In this document: one piece after another, positions 61,853 to 64,000 of the stretch | Layout of the letters: each line of letters starts with the position of its first letter | How positions within the stretch are numbered: position 1 is the first letter of the stretch | Source of the DNA: Antedon mediterranea | Lineage: Eukaryota > Animalia > Echinodermata | Length of the DNA: 64,000 nucleotides | Direction: 5' to 3' | Assembly: GCF_964355755.1 (NCBI RefSeq) | Contig: NC_092671.1 | Coordinates: forward strand, 33,552,304 to 33,616,303 | Position numbers and translations under genes: made by a program | Notes under the pieces: generated by a model | What the model saw: only the letters and a program-made list of their open reading frames with translations | What the model was told of the DNA's origin: nothing | Database searches by the model: none

Positions 61853-62940
61853 GGCCCTGTTCAAACCCATGGCGTTAGACCGTTTTAGCGTACAACGTTA
61901 CTAGCAAGGTCACGTTACAAACCGCAGAGAAAAAAAACGAGGTGTTCAGACCCATAGCGTACGATTATCGTTACAACGGAAGTACGTCATTCAGGTTGTT
62001 TCTAGTTGCATATTCATGTGCTCTTACCCACATGTTTTAATCATTATTTCCACTGTATATAGGCCTAGATCTCAGCCCTACAATTATGACAAAATTTGCC
62101 GTAAATAAAGCATACCTCAGCATTTATTTAAGAAAAATATAGTAAAGCCAAATTTCTGTTTCTATTATTTTTATTTTGTAGTAAAAAAACATTTTCCCCA
62201 GGCTCTTGTGTTGCGAAAATAAAGCAGGCCTCCTAATGATGAAGAAAAAATTGATTGTGATTAGTCTATCCAGTCCAGTCAAAGATATATATTCCCACCC
62301 AGAGTCCAGTGCAGTCGGTTGCTAATAACCCTTAACTTGCTAATAAAAGGGACCCAGCTCTCTTGTTTGTTTACTGAATTTTTTAGGAGTTAGGGGGTTT
62401 TCAGCATTAAACTTGTCCAGTCTAGTCTGCCTTGTATGATGAATGAGTGACTTGATGTCCCACGCTAGTTTTTAGCTTGAATGAAATGCGTGAATGGCTC
62501 TAGGCCTAGCTAGGCCTAAAATCGGATGGGATCGTAGTCCCTATGTTTAAATACAAGGTGCAAGTATTTAGTCATTTGTTTGAAAATATAATGTTAATCA
62601 GTTGATAGTAGTTTGTAGCCTTTGTAACAGTTGTATTTCTAGTGTAGTTAGGCCTTATTTATTCTGCCCTTTTTGTTATTGAAATCCATCTCACACATTG
62701 ACGATACAAGATGTCAGCCTAGGTCAAATCTTGTTTCGCGTCATAACAGGAAACGTTCTGATTGGATACAACGTTGACTTACAGTAGCGTCGTACGCTAA
62801 AATGGTACTATCAACCGTTTTCCACTACAACGCTACAACCGTTGTACGACGCGTTGTACGCTAATCCCCAACTGTTCAGACACACATTCTTTTAGCGTCG
62901 TACGCTAAAACGGTCTAACGCCTTCGGTCTGAACAGGGCC
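61853..62940. mobile_element. Non-autonomous TIR element (PIF/Harbinger-like ends)
   Basis: GGCCCTGTTCAAACCCATGGCGTTAGACCGTTTTAGCGTAC versus GTACGCTAAAACGGTCTAACGCCTTCGGTCTGAACAGGGCC; TSD unclear. Confidence 0.75.
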
Positions 62941-63589
62941 TTAAACCCGGAAATTACTTTGACCGGGAAGAATTGAAATTGAGATAAAAATCTAATGTTG
63001 AAATCATAAATTGTGTTAAAAAACTCTTTATAATATCTTCCTAAGATAGAAATATGGAACAATAGCGTCGCTGTGAACACTAATGTTATCAAATCTACGT
63101 TTCGCGGTACATCTCAGATAGATAAGGTAGGTATCCAATGCGGAGATTTGTACCGAAGTTTTTGCATTGTGCTCGCCTATGTCAGAAATAACCATAATTT
63201 ATATATAGATGACTGTTAAAATGTTATGATGTTAAAATGTTACGCTGACCTTCAATGATTTGCCACTACACAGTTGCATTTATTAGGGCTACAATATTCG
63301 TTTTTGGAAAATAAACTACTATTCATCAGAACCAGAGAATACCAATTCGTCCACAAGATAGGGCATAGGCAGATCTATGTGGCCACATATAGTTTGGCCC
63401 ATACAGCAAAGAGTTGCCTGTACACAAAGGATTCTAAAATAACCCATAAGGATTTTCCCGAATGAACCCTCTAAGGAACCTTTCGGAAACTCTATGTGGT
63501 GTCACTTAACTCTTCCCTGGTGGTGTGCTACATAAGGCCCTGTATTAGAAATTAATATGGGGTAAATAGTTCATAGATGAACTATAGAA

Positions 63590-64000
63590 TAAAACTAAAT
63601 GTGCACCCTCAATCTTTAAATAACATTTATGAATTTGCCCAAATGAATCCAAGGGCTGACCTTCACGGACCTTTTGGGGTTCTCTATGTGGGCTACAAGA
63701 GACCCTATATTGGAAATACTGTATGTGGGGTGAACATGTAGGTTCATAGAGATATAATAAATATCTCTGTGCACCCTCGATCATCCATAAGGAACATTTA
63801 TCGATTTTCCCAAATTAACCAAAAGGCCGGTCATCCTCTGTGGATGGACATTAAGCCCCATAATGGAAATATAAGTGGTGACACTGTGAGTTCATATAGA
63901 CAGGCGCAGCCCATGGAATAAAGCTGCCTGTGCACTCTCGATTCTTAAGGAAAATTATGGATTTGCCCAAATTAACCCAAGGGCCGGTCCTCCATGGATG
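63590..64000. repeat. Degenerate tandem repeat, about 165-bp period, running off the window end
   Basis: GTGCACCCTC...TTTGCCCAAAT..CCAAGGGC recurs at about 63601, 63769 and 63930. Confidence 0.7.

Overview
AT-rich, transposon-dense eukaryotic (animal, probably invertebrate) DNA; the organism cannot be named from the sequence. All long ORFs belong to retroelements. These are: a Gmr1-type Gypsy LTR element (268-5685); a decayed DIRS/Ngaro-like tyrosine-recombinase element with an upstream SGNH hydrolase ORF (about 20.3-27.9 kb), split by an antisense LINE; and a LINE nest (29.5-39.0 kb) containing a Tx1/L1, a Penelope remnant and an L2/Crack-like element. MITEs, Helitron-like repeats and a tRNA-derived SINE are also present. 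The main finding, largely missed by the ORF track, is a minus-strand tandem cluster of four paralogous micro-exon genes (A 11917-18912, B 39289-42294, C 46576-53099, probable pseudogene D 55296-58012). They share a 14-nt first coding exon (M-x-A/S-K), a signal-peptide exon and strings of mostly 24-45-nt phase-1 exons, encoding small secreted, Arg/Lys-rich peptides. Recent micro-exon duplications are visible, and a conserved upstream module suggests a fifth paralog just left of the window. Gene models were read by eye and need transcript confirmation.
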